In this document: in pieces, positions 1 to 13,299 of the stretch
Layout: each line of letters opens with the position of its first letter
Position numbering within the stretch: the first letter of the stretch is position 1
Source: Octopus vulgaris
Lineage: Eukaryota
Direction of reading: 5' to 3'
NCBI GenBank assembly: GCA_951406725.2
Contig: OX597815.1
Location: forward strand, 54,126,001 to 54,190,000
Length of the DNA: 64,000 nt
Notes under the pieces: generated by a model
Databases searched by the model: none
What the model was told of the DNA's origin: nothing
The model's input: only the letters and a program-made list of their open reading frames with translations
Program-made: the position numbers and the translations under genes

Positions 1-1440
1 TAATAATCTAACAATAGGAAAACCTAACAATAGCATGGATAGATAATAGGAAAGCCTATGATATGATCCCACACTCATAGATAAGTGTATATTTGAGTAT
101 ATTCAGTATAGTAGACAACATAAGAGAATTAATTAGCTGTAGCATGAAGAAATGGAAAGTAGATCTCTACTCAGGTGACACACTCTTAGGGATAGTTAAT
201 ATCAAAAGAAGAGTTTTGCAAGAGGTCTCGTGGTCCCCTTTAATATTTGTTTCGTGTTTGATCCCGCTTAGTTTAGTATTACGGAAGGCAATGGCGGGGA
301 TTAGTTCAGAAAGATTTATGGAAAAATTTACCATTTGCTCTACATTGATGATCTGAAATTTTTACTAAGAATGAACAAGAGATAAATTCTTTAATACAGA
401 CAGTAAGACTCTTCAGCAAAGATATATGCATGGAATTTGGCATAGATAAGTGTGCAATATTAGTCATGAGAAGGAGATAGATAGTCAACAGCGAAGGCAT
501 CCAATTGCCAAATAGCCAAAAATTAAAATCATTGAAAGGCGTAGAGAGTTGTAAGTATCTAGGAATTTTAGAATCTGACAGAGTACTAACTACAGAAATG
601 AAAACGAAAATTGAGGAGTACATCAGCAGGGTGAGGAAGCTAATGAAGTCAAAGCTAAATAGTCCGAATCTAGTGAAGGCTGTAAATACTTGCGCAGTAT
701 CATTACTTAGATACTCATCAACTTTTGTATATTGGACAAACACTGCATTAGCGAAGGTAGATAGAAGAAGTGGGAAGAAATTTAATGTGAATAGAGAATT
801 CCATCCAAGGGCAGGAGTAACAAGATTATACCTAACTAGAAAGGAAGACAGAAGAGGTTTAATATGAGTAGAAAACTGCGTGTAGTTAACTAGAGTAGAT
901 ATAGACTCCTATGTAGGTAATAGTGAAGACACTTTATTAAAAGCTGCCAGAGTCACAGCAAGACATAGGGAAACCAAAAACCCCAAACGAAGGTAAAAAT
1001 CAGAAAAACGAACAGAAATTATCTGACTGGCAGGAGAAGGCGTTCCATGGTAGATTCCCAAAGATAGTTGCAGCAAATAGTAGTAGTGAGATATGGTTAT
1101 GGTTGCAGAAAGGAAAGCTGAAGAGGGAGACAGAAAGTTTGTCAGTTGCACAAGATCAAGCATCAATGGATAAAAGCCAAGATAAAAAAAGCCAAGTAGA
1201 TTCTCAATTTAGATTATGCAAATCAAAAGAGGAAAGCGTTACTCATATAGTAAGTGAATGTAGCATGCTGGCGCAGAAAGAATACAAAAAAAGACAGGAC
1301 AATCTAGGGAGACCAATCCACTGGGAGCTATGTAGAAAGCTAGGATTTGAACATACAGAACAATGTTATAAACATGAACCTAGTAAAGTACTAGAATGTA
1401 AGAAAGTTGGTAGTTGTAGATGAAGAGAATAGTAAGTGCC
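1..1440 (+). mobile_element. Decayed R4-clade (RLE-type) non-LTR retrotransposon, RT to CCHC region, cut by window start
   Basis: Broken frames give IAWID..KAYDMIPHS, CKYLGILE, FHPRAGVTRLYLTRKEDRRGL, LKRETES..AQDQA and the knuckle RLCKSKEESVTHIVSECSMLAQKEYKKRQD; many stops and frameshifts. Confidence 0.9.
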
Positions 1441-1467
1441 ATGAGAAATGTTTGTATATTATGACTA

Positions 1468-1613
1468 TCTGTCTTTACGTTCTGATTTCAAATTCTACCG
1501 AGGTCAACTTTGCCTTTCGTCTTTTGGGATCGATAAACTAAGTACTAGTTGTGTACTGGGGTCGATCTAATCAACTGGCCCCCGCCCCAACAAATATTTC
1601 AGGCCTAGAAAAG
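1468..1613 (+). mobile_element. SINE family B, 5'-truncated
   Basis: ttcaaattctaccgaggtcaactttgcctttc...gataaactaagtactagttg..ctggggtcgatctaatc matches copies at 48795, 52290 and 62030. Confidence 0.85.
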
Positions 1614-1789
1614 TATATTGTGACAGTTACAGAATATAGAAAGTAATGTAACACCAATGACTATATAATCAAACCAAAATATTTGTTACACAAACGTAAA
1701 CGGAATTACTATTTAACCTTAGAATACATCGTACATATTCAAAGAACCTTCTTGGTTTAGTGGTACGGAACGGTTTTCTGGTATTCTTT

Positions 1790-2390
1790 TACTTGTTTCA
1801 GTCCATTGACCTGTACGGTCGACCTAGATAGCATGTGTAGACGAGGTACCGATTACTGGAAGCTAAACAAGTCGCTATTGGACTGTGAAGCCTACAGGAA
1901 GCAGATTAGACAGTAATGAGGGCGTTAACCGAATCCATTATCAACAAATGGTGGTACGCGCTGAAAAGAGCCATGAAATTTGAGTCGATTAGGTTTAGCA
2001 AAGAATTAGCTAGTGCTAGAAACAAAGTAGAAAAGGAACTAGTTAAGGCATTAGACGAGGCAATGAGGCCAGGTGGTGCATCAAAAGTGTTAGCGGCGAG
2101 GCTGGCACTCGACCAACATCTCAAAGCTAAACACAAAGGGTGCATTGTCAGGGCTAAGATCCGTGCGATGAGACAGGAAGGATCAACGCGACCGGATGGG
2201 CCCGGGTGTTAGAGAGCCAGCGTGGCAACAACTCAACCATTCGATTTTTGACGGACCCATATGGTCGATCAATAAACGAACCCAAGAAGATGTGCAAGGT
2301 GTTTCACGATTATTTCGCCCAGCTAATCGGGAGGAGCGGCGGACTGGAGCGCGGGGATAAGCTCACAGACTTCCTTGCCGGTTCACCGCA
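1790..2390 (+). mobile_element. L1/Tx1-like LINE ORF2 fragment (post-endonuclease linker)
   Basis: TVDLDSMCRRGTDYWKLNKSLL (WKLNxSLL motif), KWWYALKRAMKFESI, GCIVRAKIR, VFHDYFAQL; homologous to 42330-43455. Confidence 0.8.
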
Positions 2391-2624
2391 TTGTAAATCA
2401 CTCATTCTCATTTAATTGTATATATTTTAATTGTTTGTTTATTCATACGTTTCGTCTCATTCGATACCCTGACCCCAATGTGTGTTTTGTCTGTCCTCGT
2501 ATCGGCCGGTCTTTTTCTCAACCTCATGGTTAATAAAGAAATTGACTGGAATTGTCTTAGTTGTCTTCAGAAGTGAAATTGACATCCAATATTTGCTGAG
2601 TGTCTCTACTGATTTAAGTATATC

Positions 2625-2634
2625 TATCTCTCTT

Positions 2635-2685
<51 letters not shown>

Positions 2686-2690
2686 TTCAC
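2625..2690. repeat. (CT)n microsatellite
   Basis: Seen directly. Confidence 0.95.
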
Positions 2691-3661
2691 TTCCTTTGTG
2701 TCCCTCTTCTCCCCCGCTTTTGATTTAATAACGTGTATATGTATGTGTATCTACTCCTCTTGCGATGAACGCCGTCACCACTCACTGTCTCTTTCACTAT
2801 CTTTCCATCTCACTCTCTCTCTTTCTCTCTTACTTCCTCTCTGTCCTCCTCTCCCTCGCTTTGCCACTTCTTTGAAGTGTGACACACACCACAGGTACGT
2901 ACAAAAGCAAAACGTTAGCGTATTAATTTTATTGATAATAGTAATGATGATGATGATAATAATAATAATAACAACAACAACATGTTCAGTAGATAAATTC
3001 ATTGAATAACTTCCGAAAAGAAGTCATATGAATAAATTTAGGAATTTTATGATTATAACTAGTCATGTGTGGATAATTTAAGCCATTACACAAGCTGATA
3101 GTTTAATTAATAATGGTATTATAGTAATTAGTCATAAATCTGAGGTGTGGGATATGTTACTTATAGAAGAGTAATGTTTCGTCAGATTAATCAAGATGTA
3201 AGGAAACAATAGGAGACGCACATGACATTTATGTTAAGAACAAGAAAAGGAAACTTTTTAAAATGTAAAGGTCAAGTGTAGTAAACCTTAAGTTTAATTT
3301 CCAACAGTGAAACTACATTCATTATGGTGTGCGTGTGTGTGTATTGTCAAATGACATTGGTCTAATTAAGTAAGCAAAAAAGACTTCTAATATCTGTGCA
3401 CATTCTCAAAAACATATGAAGCATATCGACAACAACACAAATACGTATCTGCTTACATTTATTTGCAGAAACAGAGGTGAACTCAAAATATAGGATTTGA
3501 TAGAACGGAATGGTTAATACACACACGCACACACACATACAAGCACACACAAATACACACACACACACTCAGACACACACAGATACACTCTCATACAGAC
3601 ATATATATATGCTTTCCTCTGGCCTTGGACATGTGGTCGTTTATTGAGATAACAAGCTCTT

Positions 3662-3818
3662 TAGGTGTGCTTGTATGATAAGAAGCTTGCTTCCCAACCA
3701 CATGGTTCCGAGTTCAATCCCACTGCGTGACACCTTGAGCAAGTTTCTTCTACTGTAGCCTTGGGCCGACCGAAGCCTTGTGACTGGACTTGGCAGACGG
3801 AAACTGAAAGAAGCCCCT
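3662..3818 (+). mobile_element. SINE family A head (tRNA-like head + CORE-like ccttgggcaagt segment), tail missing
   Basis: B-box-like gagttcaatcc; matches the first 155 bp of the copies at 33325 and 53398. Confidence 0.85.
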
Positions 3819-3887
3819 GACCGCGTGTGTACCGTTGGCGATTTTTTTTCCTCCGTCTTACCTTCTCTGGATCTTTCTTTTTCCTAT

Positions 3888-3922
3888 GTTTCTGACGAAG
3901 AGCTCCGCTCGAAACGTTAAAC
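3888..3922 (+). ncRNA. Minimal type I hammerhead ribozyme motif within an approx. 200-bp Penelope-like terminal-repeat fragment (3819-4025)
   Basis: GTTT-CTGACGA-A-GAGC(TCC)GCTC-GAAA-C-GTT-AAAC: stem I GTTT/AAAC, intact core, stem II, loop-less palindromic stem III, GUU triplet. Confidence 0.85.
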
Positions 3923-4023
3923 CCTCCTCCTTCCCTTCCTTTCTGATCGTCCAATAATACTATATTTGTTCTACGTCCTCGCGTTATTCTGTTTTCTCTT
4001 TGTGTTTTCATGTTTGGATTAAC

Positions 4024-4066
<43 letters not shown>

Positions 4067-7000
4067 AAAATAAGCACAGGGTTTCAAGTAGTGGACTTTA
4101 ATTGAACAATGCAATCAGTACATCAATTTAAATGCAGTGCTATCTTCATCTGCACAAATAAATTTTAAAAAATTTTAACCAGTCGGACACATTAATATAA
4201 CTTTTCTCAAAATTGTAGCTAAAAATAGACTACACTTCCAAGAATAGCATGAAGCCTATTGTAAATAATGGTAATTTGTTTCTAATTCATTTATCTCTTT
4301 ATCAACTACTCCTAATGTATTCTTTCTGGAAAGGTATATATATATATGACAATATTTATGACCATTCCTAGCCATGAGCTGTCAACTCACTCTTGTCCTT
4401 TATTCAAAACAGACACAGTCTCCTAGTCTTAGATTTATATGCATGTGTTTGTGTGTGTTAATGTATATTTACACATTTTTTGCGTGTATATATATATATA
4501 TATATCGTCTTGTGTTTGTGTGTGTGTATGAATGCATATATCTTTTGCGACGCATATCGGTAAACGATGCAAACATCGGCGTATAACCGGCGTCTTGTAA
4601 CGAAACTAAGATATAGATTCACTCTCACATTCTCGCCGGCAAAATGCAGTGTAGTAGCGATCATTCCGATGCAAGGCTTTAACTAACAACGATATTGAAT
4701 AAAAGTTCGCATTATAAATGGACAAACAAAATCCTATTGTGATTTAGAGAAATAGTCTGTGTCATGAGTTACATAGACTCATTACGGAAATTTTCTCTTT
4801 ACGGAATATTTACTTAAAATTCGTGAGAAAACAGACAAGTGCCTGTTTGAGTGATTATAGATGTAGGAACTGTGAGCAATATCTGCAAATAGGTGCGCTG
4901 GCATTATCGTTTTTCTCTGAGAAATATCATAATACAATATTACTGTAAATCCCGACACTTCTCTTTGGGAACTGTCTCACATCACTTGTCACTTATACCC
5001 TTATGAAAGCCTTGGACATCATAATTTTTTATTGGTTTCCCGAACATACCTATGGTTATATAAAATACATGGTGGTAACTGAATGTGGCTTCAGGTTCTG
5101 GCTGAAATCGATGATAGAATAATAATGAATATGCGTTTATCATAATGGATAGTTTTCTCAAGCACGCAAAAACTGAGTCAGTTTGATCAGCCATAGTATA
5201 TAATTTAGTATCTCTTGTTTTTAGTGCTAATGCTACTGAGGTTGACCCTCTAAGTGGTATACATTTTGATTGCATTAATTAAATATACGTTCACTTTGTA
5301 CAAAATCATATTAGCTACGTGAAATTATTCTAACTTGACATAATAAATAAAGACGTGCATTAAAATTGATATATTTTCTTCTAAATATTCTATTTACTTA
5401 TAAATTCATTGCTACAGAGTGGCAATGCAGAGTAATTTTATTTCTTCTTTCAATACTGCTATTTTGAATAAGAAATTGTTGTTCAGAATGTACTATAGTG
5501 TCAAGAATGACTAATAAACTCTATGTGTTATTCGATTATTCCTACTGCTAAAACTGAAAATATAAAATACAAATCATATTCAATTAAAAAATCATAAATC
5601 ACAGATGGTTGCTAACTTTCCAACTAACAACCAAAAGCAGTCAAAAAGCTACAGTTTAATAAACTAGAAAACAAGCCACTCGAAGATCAGTTGTAAAACA
5701 CGACTGCCTTTAAACTCCAACGTTGGTGGGTGAGATGGTTTCGCTCATCATATCGATCACAATATGTTTACTAACGAAGTGGAAACTAACAACTGCAGAA
5801 GAGTACAGGTGACTTCTCTCGATGTGCCGAGTTCTTGAGTGAAGCCATTCAGCTGTTATCATAACTTGTTAGATACTATAAATGTTGTTGAAGTTTCCAA
5901 TATCTCCCCAGTAAGTTTGGTATCTATTTAAAAACAAATCAATGCTTGTCTCAACTATTCGGAATCGACTCTATCCGTTCATGCGCAATCAGAAACTACA
6001 GATTTTAGATAAATTTGCATTGTAGTATTCATGCATCACTTAAAGACGTTGAAACTGATATTCTAATCAAATACAAGGTTATTATCAGCTGAAATATGTT
6101 TGGGTAATATTCGAATCTGTAAGAAAGTCATTCACTGTTTTGCCAGCTGATTTCGGTGCATTTACACTATTTGACTACACCGAGCAATTTTCTCATTGAC
6201 AAATCACAGTGATTGGCTTTCTTACGGGTTCGAATATGCTTAAAAGCATTTGAACTGGAAATAACCTTGTATATAAACACATCACTGCTGACCGCTGCCA
6301 CTCTGTAATTTGCTTACAGTGAGCCACCGATTGGCACTGCCAGCCATTGTACTATGACGGGAATATCATAAGAAGCAATTTCTCTTATCAGCTCGCAACG
6401 CACCCAGTCCGGTTTCTGTCACTAAGAGGAAATAACCACTCCGAAATACTTGTATCTTGCAGTCTGGGTAGGTGGCGCTGTAAGCTGATTTTGGTGTATT
6501 TACATCATTTGTAAATACAGCGAAAAAAGTTCACCATGACAAAACACAGTAAATAGTTTCCTTACGGATTCGAATAAGCCCAAAGTAACGCTGCTACCCC
6601 ATAATCAAGTTAAACAACTTTAGGTAGCAATTTACGAAGAAGCCATAGGTGAAGAGGTTACATGTACACTATAGCATTTACGAGTAGCAGTCACTACTGG
6701 CAATCACTACAAGCAAGGAATAAAATAATAAGCTTTGTGAAGACAATATCTATATATTCAGCAGAGTCCAGACATAGTGAAACTGAAAATTAAAAGTTAA
6801 TTAGAGTAAATAATAGAATACGAGTATGTATAACATCCTATGTCGGGGTAAAATGAAAATGTGTAAATACTGGATTTCAATATGCTGATGCGCATCTCTG
6901 TATAATAATATACATTATTGCAAGCAGAAGCAAAACAACAGAGTCTGGAAAGGAAGTTAAATACTGAATTTTGTCACATCAAATGTTATCTCTATAATTA

Positions 7001-8059
7001 TTTGTCTTGCTAAAGCGCTGTTGAAATCAGGTAGCCTTACTCGCCGTTTTCTTGTATGAGATATTTGCACACATAACTGCATGTTATTAGTAAACTCTAA
7101 ACGTTTGTACTGTTATTGATTTCCGACATTGGACTGTAACTATTCTGAGAGACCAGCTTCTAGAGCAGTGTTGATTACATTGACACCAATAGTTTTATCA
7201 TTGACTGGTATGTATTTTTATCTCATAGATTTTTAGATTTTATTGTCCAATGCTATTTCCCCCGTTAATTTGGAAGTGTTTATTGTCTGTTACAATTTGC
7301 CGTTGATTGTAAATAAATTGTTTTCTAGTATTTTATCTTACCCCCGTCCTTATTGAGGATAACTCATGACCATCCGTTTTTTTCAGACGTTTAAGGACTG
7401 CATTTTCCAATGAGTCATTCATGTTAAAATACAGTGAGATATATTTTCAAGATTAGGATATTATTTCTATTAGATCGAGCAAGCAGATAGGACCGTCATC
7501 TTAAGCGTCGGTCGCCAATTCATGTTTCATTGTGTTAAGCTATTAATTTTCTCTCTGAATAAAATAGACCTGTTCTTAACTATGTATTTCCTGTACAGTT
7601 TTGTTTTGTTGTGTATGCTGTAATTCGTTGCAATTGTTCCTTATTGCAAATGTATAGTGAGCTGGAAAGTAAGAATTGTACTTATATGAACAATCACACT
7701 GTTAGAGACTCATTATTTACAACATAAGTCACATTGAAACTTTGCCGCACTTTCACCCCACGTACTCCCACGGGGCTGGATTTCTTATAGATATAGCGTT
7801 TAGCTTTAATGGTTTTCTAGTGAAATAGTAGCGTTAGCGCATGATTGTGCGCAATGCATTTTATGTTATATTTGATGAAATTTTTATAACGTGTTCACCT
7901 GTTTTGTAGCTAGCGTAAATTTACTTCATATAATAAACCTTATGTGGTTTGTTATTATTAACGACTTTTGTCTATAATGTACTTACCCTCTTTCAGTGTA
8001 TTGTATACAAGTTGTCAGTTTGTTTTCCTTTATACTCTAGACTGCTTCGAGTAGCTCAT

Positions 8060-8062
<3 letters not shown>

Positions 8063-8106
<44 letters not shown>
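8063..8106. repeat. (GT)n microsatellite
   Basis: Seen directly. Confidence 0.95.
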
Positions 8107-8109
<3 letters not shown>

Positions 8110-9196
8110 ATTCCTAAGAGTTTTCATCACAAACATTCTATATCTGTATAGATGTTTGCTGCTTTCGCAATTCCCAAGTGATACACACACACACAAACAT
8201 ACAAACAGGCACACACATACACACGCCTTAACTTCATTAGTTTCTATAGTGTAAACGAAAATATTATGTCTCTAATTTATATTTCGATGAAATGGCAATA
8301 TTGTTTCACAATAGAAATATTTTTATTACATCTAGAAATGGAGTTATTGTATCACAAGCACTTTTTGTTCAGACTGTTCTGAATATAAGATTTTAGAATA
8401 GAGTTGCTTTTCAATGTTAACAAAGAACTACTCTTACTGGCCTTACTTTCAATAAAATGGCACTAACTAATCAACCCATACGAGGTATCCAGAAAGTCTT
8501 TTAGTTGATCACTCACCCATCAAGAAATTTCAACCAAATTTTCACCAAATATGACCGTGTTATCTACAAAGGTATTTAAATAATAAATTAATAGTAAATA
8601 TATTATGCCAGAATAGCACTGATTAGAAAGCGGTCGGATGGCATGATTTCCAAACATTAAAGAATTTCTCAAAATAGTGCGCATCAAGGGTTATGAATCT
8701 GGAGAAAGACACTTAAGAACAACCCATAAAAGTAAGTATTTTAAAACAATCCTCAAAATACCCACACAACTTTACTCGAAAAATAACAATAACACAGATA
8801 GTAAAACTTAGAAACAAAAAATACCGTTCTTGTTTAACTTTCCGAGTCACATGTCCGCACACAAAAATGAAAGTGTCATGCATAAAATTATACTTAGTAA
8901 ACAAAGACTACTAACGGCATTAAACGCAGCTTTATGGAACATAAAAATTTTATTCTTCTTCGCGGCATTCATGTTATAATAATTCAGATAATTCTCTTTC
9001 CACTAGAACTCAGAAGACCCAGCAAAGAAAATAAGGCTAAAATCAAAATTAACAGAATCATTAGAATAATAACGTAGGTAAAACAAACGATACTCTTATA
9101 CTTATAGGAAACGAGAGTAGACAAGAAATACAGGTATTGAAACTTTAAGCTAGCAATACCATGCACACAAGGGGCGTGGGCGTGCGTGTAGGCATA

Positions 9197-9198
<2 letters not shown>

Positions 9199-9250
<52 letters not shown>

Positions 9251-9312
9251 TGGTGTCCCAGTGTGACCACGGCCTCTCAGGGCTGAAACATATAAAAGAA
9301 TAAAAGAATATA
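9199..9312 (+). repeat. (AT)n tract followed by an isolated SINE-A-like 3' tail
   Basis: ggtgtcccagtgtgaccacgg...gctgaaacatataaaagaataaaagaa resembles the family A tail ggtgctccagcatggccgcag...actgaaacaagtaaaaga. Confidence 0.6.
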
Positions 9313-9559
9313 TATGGGTGGATTTGTTATCAGTTGACTTATAAAGCGGGATCTACTGAATGTATGTGTGTGTATGTGTGTTCGCGCGCGTACATACCGA
9401 CCTCACCAATTCTCCCACCTATTTCCTTGACTCGGCTACGACAATTGAACACACACCTATAAACACTACAAACACATACTTAATCTTGCTAACTATAACA
9501 ATATCTCCCCTCATCCAGATATCACATTCTGCTCCTTACACCTACCTACTATAACTACT

Positions 9560-11562
9560 CAGCAAACAGTTCCCTTCCTGCTAATCTCTTATTCATTGAC
9601 ATAAAGATGGCATTACTGGATAAAGTAAGAACATTTTTACAAATTTTAAGATTGCGCAATGAAATGGATTCCAATGAGATACAAAACCAAGCATGCAACA
9701 ACAAAAGGCCACTGCAGTAATACATTAAAAATATTATCAATAGATCTATACAACATAAGACAAAATATAAAATAAACAAATATAGCCTTAATTACACACT
9801 GAATAGCCGAACTCTTAAAAATCAGAGATACACCCACACACAATTCATCAAAACAACACACAACAGAGATAAAATTCAGCGTTAAGCATCTAAACAGAGA
9901 AATCAGAACGAAGTAAACCATAGATAAAGAGGAAACCAGCAAGCGTTTGTTTTTAACATAAACACAAACTAAAGGTAAACGTTGTAAAAAGTAATTAGCT
10001 CATCAAGAACAGCAACTTTCACATTTCTTGTATCACAATAGCAACATGAAATAAATTCCATTATCATAAAAATCAGCTACCAAAGCCGTTACGCAATGAA
10101 GAGAGAAGCACAAGACAAAAAATGCGCGCCTTCTCCTATACCACGACGTTAACATATTCCGTCTGTCAGATATTCAAAGAAGATAATAGAGCGATACAAC
10201 AACATAACAACTCGAAGGAAAATTGTAACCATTTTGAAGCCTAAACGACCCAAGTGAAGTAATGTTATACTAATAGATCATTTAGAGATATAACGACTCA
10301 AAGGATTCCCTGCGAAAAAGAAATCTCAAAGACACCCACCTAAAACATATAAGGCCTGAGGTAAACCCATTGCTCTCCAAACTTTACGGCACCTTGTATC
10401 AAGGTTATCAAGATTGTAACCACTTTGAAGCCTAAATGACCAATGTGAAGTAATGTTATAACGATAGATTATCTTCCTAATCACACCTTCAAAAGTCCGA
10501 GACGACTACAACCTAATTCACATCCGTCAAATCACAATACAGAATTAAGATCATGACACATCAGGAATATACAACTAACAAGCCTAAAGCAGAAAATATA
10601 AACTATGATTTTGGCGACAAACAACCTCCAACATGTAGATTTCTAATTTGGGTCGGCATCAGCAAAACTTTCATGTCTGTTTTTCATTATTCACTCATAC
10701 AAAAAGACACATCTTGAGGACTAAAACAAAGAGAAAGCAAATTTCCTATTCGATCGCCATGTTTATGCGTGATAAAGGAAAACTCTTCTGCAACTTTAGA
10801 ATGATTCGACCTTTGGTCCAATTTCTTTTTACCCTATACAAATATTACCTTTCTATACCTTCTGAGAACATAGAGAAATCATTCTAGACACTATTGCACA
10901 AACTTTCTAAATCTATTGAAATCATCAAGAATCCTCACTGCACAACAACAGGAGTGTCACATACAAATCTACATTCACAACTGATACAAGAAAACACATT
11001 AGAGTAGAGGTTACAAAATGAAAAAGAACAATAACAAATGTTTACATGCAACGCATTAAGATCCATCAAAGCTTACGCTAGTTCTAACTTACCCTCTAAT
11101 CTCTACACAAAAACCACCGGACACAATCTAGACGACAACAAAAGTAAAAAGAATATGGTGACAGACTACTTTCATATGTGAAAGGGACAGTTGCTGCGGC
11201 AAGCTTCAACCCTCTACAGTTCCAGTCACAGAAATAAAACCACATTTAAACATTCAGATTTCTATACTACATATCGCAAAGCACTACGACATCAACATCC
11301 TAAAAGTAATCACAGCATCATTTGCTCCACTAACCCCCAAAACTGAACTTTATGCTTTTCTTGATAAAGCGTATCATCGTTTTCTGTCATGTGCTTTCGC
11401 TTGACTCGCTCCCAGTATTATCTGTTTCTTTCTTTACTCTTTACTTTATGTTCATGATGCAGTTCTTCATGGGATTTTTATCTCGCTTTGTCTTGTTTTC
11501 TCTTTCTCGCGATATATGTATGTGTATACATATATATGTGTCTCAGTGTGTGTGTATACATA

Positions 11563-11600
<38 letters not shown>

Positions 11601-11860
11601 AGTGTATATGTACATATATATATATTTATATATATATATATACACACACACACATATGTGTGTGTAAGTGTGTGCGCGTGCGCGTGCACCTGTGTGTGTG
11701 CAAGAATTTAATTCCCTGGCAAGACAAAGTAAACTCAACAAACAGAAAATTCCCTTCATCGTTTCACTGGGAATCATTGCGATATCGACGTCTTAGGACT
11801 GAGCTATTAACTCCAGTGGCATCAACAACTAATAAGTATTGCTGGAATAAGTATTGATGG
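9560..11860 (+). mobile_element. Possible highly decayed RLE-type LINE remnant interrupted by a TA/CA microsatellite
   Basis: A/C-rich strand bias; weak peptide remnants (PTCRF, SYVKGTVAAA, HIAKHYDIN, IPWQDKV); no convincing RT motif. Confidence 0.3.
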
Positions 11861-12621
11861 AGATAAGGCATAAAAGATTCGAATAAATATATAAATATTT
11901 AAGTCTTTATAAATAGGATGGGGAATAGAAAACATTAGTCTTTTTCGATTGATACAAGACAAAAGGAAAAGAAAACCCGGGAAAATATATTGACGGAAAA
12001 GGATTAGCGAAGTTTTTTGTCTGAGCAATAATTCCTGAACAACCGTGGGAGAGAGATAGCGAAGAGACGATACCGTGTGTTCTAGAAATGAGCCCATTTC
12101 AAAAGAAAGAAAACAACCTAGAGCGGAAATAGCAAATTAAGAAGAATTGCATTCTGAGATAGGAGAGAGAGAGAGGTGGTGGTGGTGGGGAGATAATGTA
12201 GGAACAGAAAAATGTGTAGGAAAGGGAAAATACAAAGAGAGGAAACAAGCTATAGAGGGAGAAAGTGTGAGAGAAGTGGACAGAGGAAGATAGAGAAAGA
12301 CAAGGGACAGGTAACGAAACGGGGAACGAAGATGAATGTGAGAAAAGATGACTACTGTGACTAAACGAATAAATATTGTAATGAAAGACAAATAGTAGTG
12401 TGTAATGTCGATGATAAATGGAAAAAATTAACGCATAGAAAAGGAAAACTGAACAAAATGAACGAAACAAATGGATAATTCCTTCTGGCGTCTCTCTGTT
12501 AAGGATTACGTTCCATATTTACGATTATTTAAAGCATTTGCTATATATATAATATTCTTGTAACACGTTTTCAAAAATTGTAATATAGTCGCAATGTAAA
12601 AGTGAAGAAATGTCGATATTG

Positions 12622-12663
<42 letters not shown>

Positions 12664-12758
12664 ATATAGGGTGGCAAAAAAATTTTGTAGAATTCTTTTG
12701 CCACCAGCGGCCTAGTGGGAAAAAATTTAAATAGTCATAAACCATTTTTAAGTTCAAC

Positions 12759-12859
12759 ATCACAATCAAGGAACGGCCATAATAGGCCATTCACCCACTA
12801 GAAATAACAGTTATTTCTAGTGGGTGAATGGCCTATTATGGCCGTTCCTTGATTGTGAT
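12759..12859. repeat. Perfect inverted repeat, 50-bp arms with 1-nt spacer
   Basis: atcacaatcaaggaacggccataataggccattcacccactagaaataac-a-gttatttctagtgggtgaatggcctattatggccgttccttgattgtgat. Confidence 0.97.
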
Positions 12860-13299
12860 ATATATATATATATATATATATATAACCATATTAAACAGCA
12901 GAAACATAGCCCTTCAGACTGTTTTCTGCTAGTTTGTATAGTACAAATATTATCTCATATTTTTCATAAATATAGAAATATACTGTGCAGTGAGGAATTT
13001 CCGAGGATACTGGTGTGTAATTTTAGGGAAATTTTGTTTGGATGCTCTATATAATAGGACAAGTTACGATATGGTCTGTAGTGGGAGGAAGGTCTGATAA
13101 TGTTTTTCTCCCTCCCTCTCTCTCTCCCTCCCCCTCTCCCCCCTCTTCCCTCTCTCTCTCTTTCACACACACATACATGCATATAGCTATACAGTCATCT
13201 TACTACAATGGGCGTTATACTCGTCTGTCTGTTCCCTCTTCATGGTCAAAGAACCATCACATTGTTGGCTGCAATCTTTTCACGTAAAATTCTTCATCA

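Noticed and set aside
1118-1148. CTGAAGA...GAAA...GTC hammerhead-like string
   Set aside because: No stem II pairing; lies in LINE coding sequence (LKRETES)
5700-6600. Possible minus-strand LINE remnant (YKYFGVVI)
   Set aside because: One short motif only; no collinear RT motifs could be assembled
11352-11857. ORFs rich in YI/CV/HT dipeptides here and throughout the window
   Set aside because: Translations of (TA)n, (TG)n and (CA)n microsatellites
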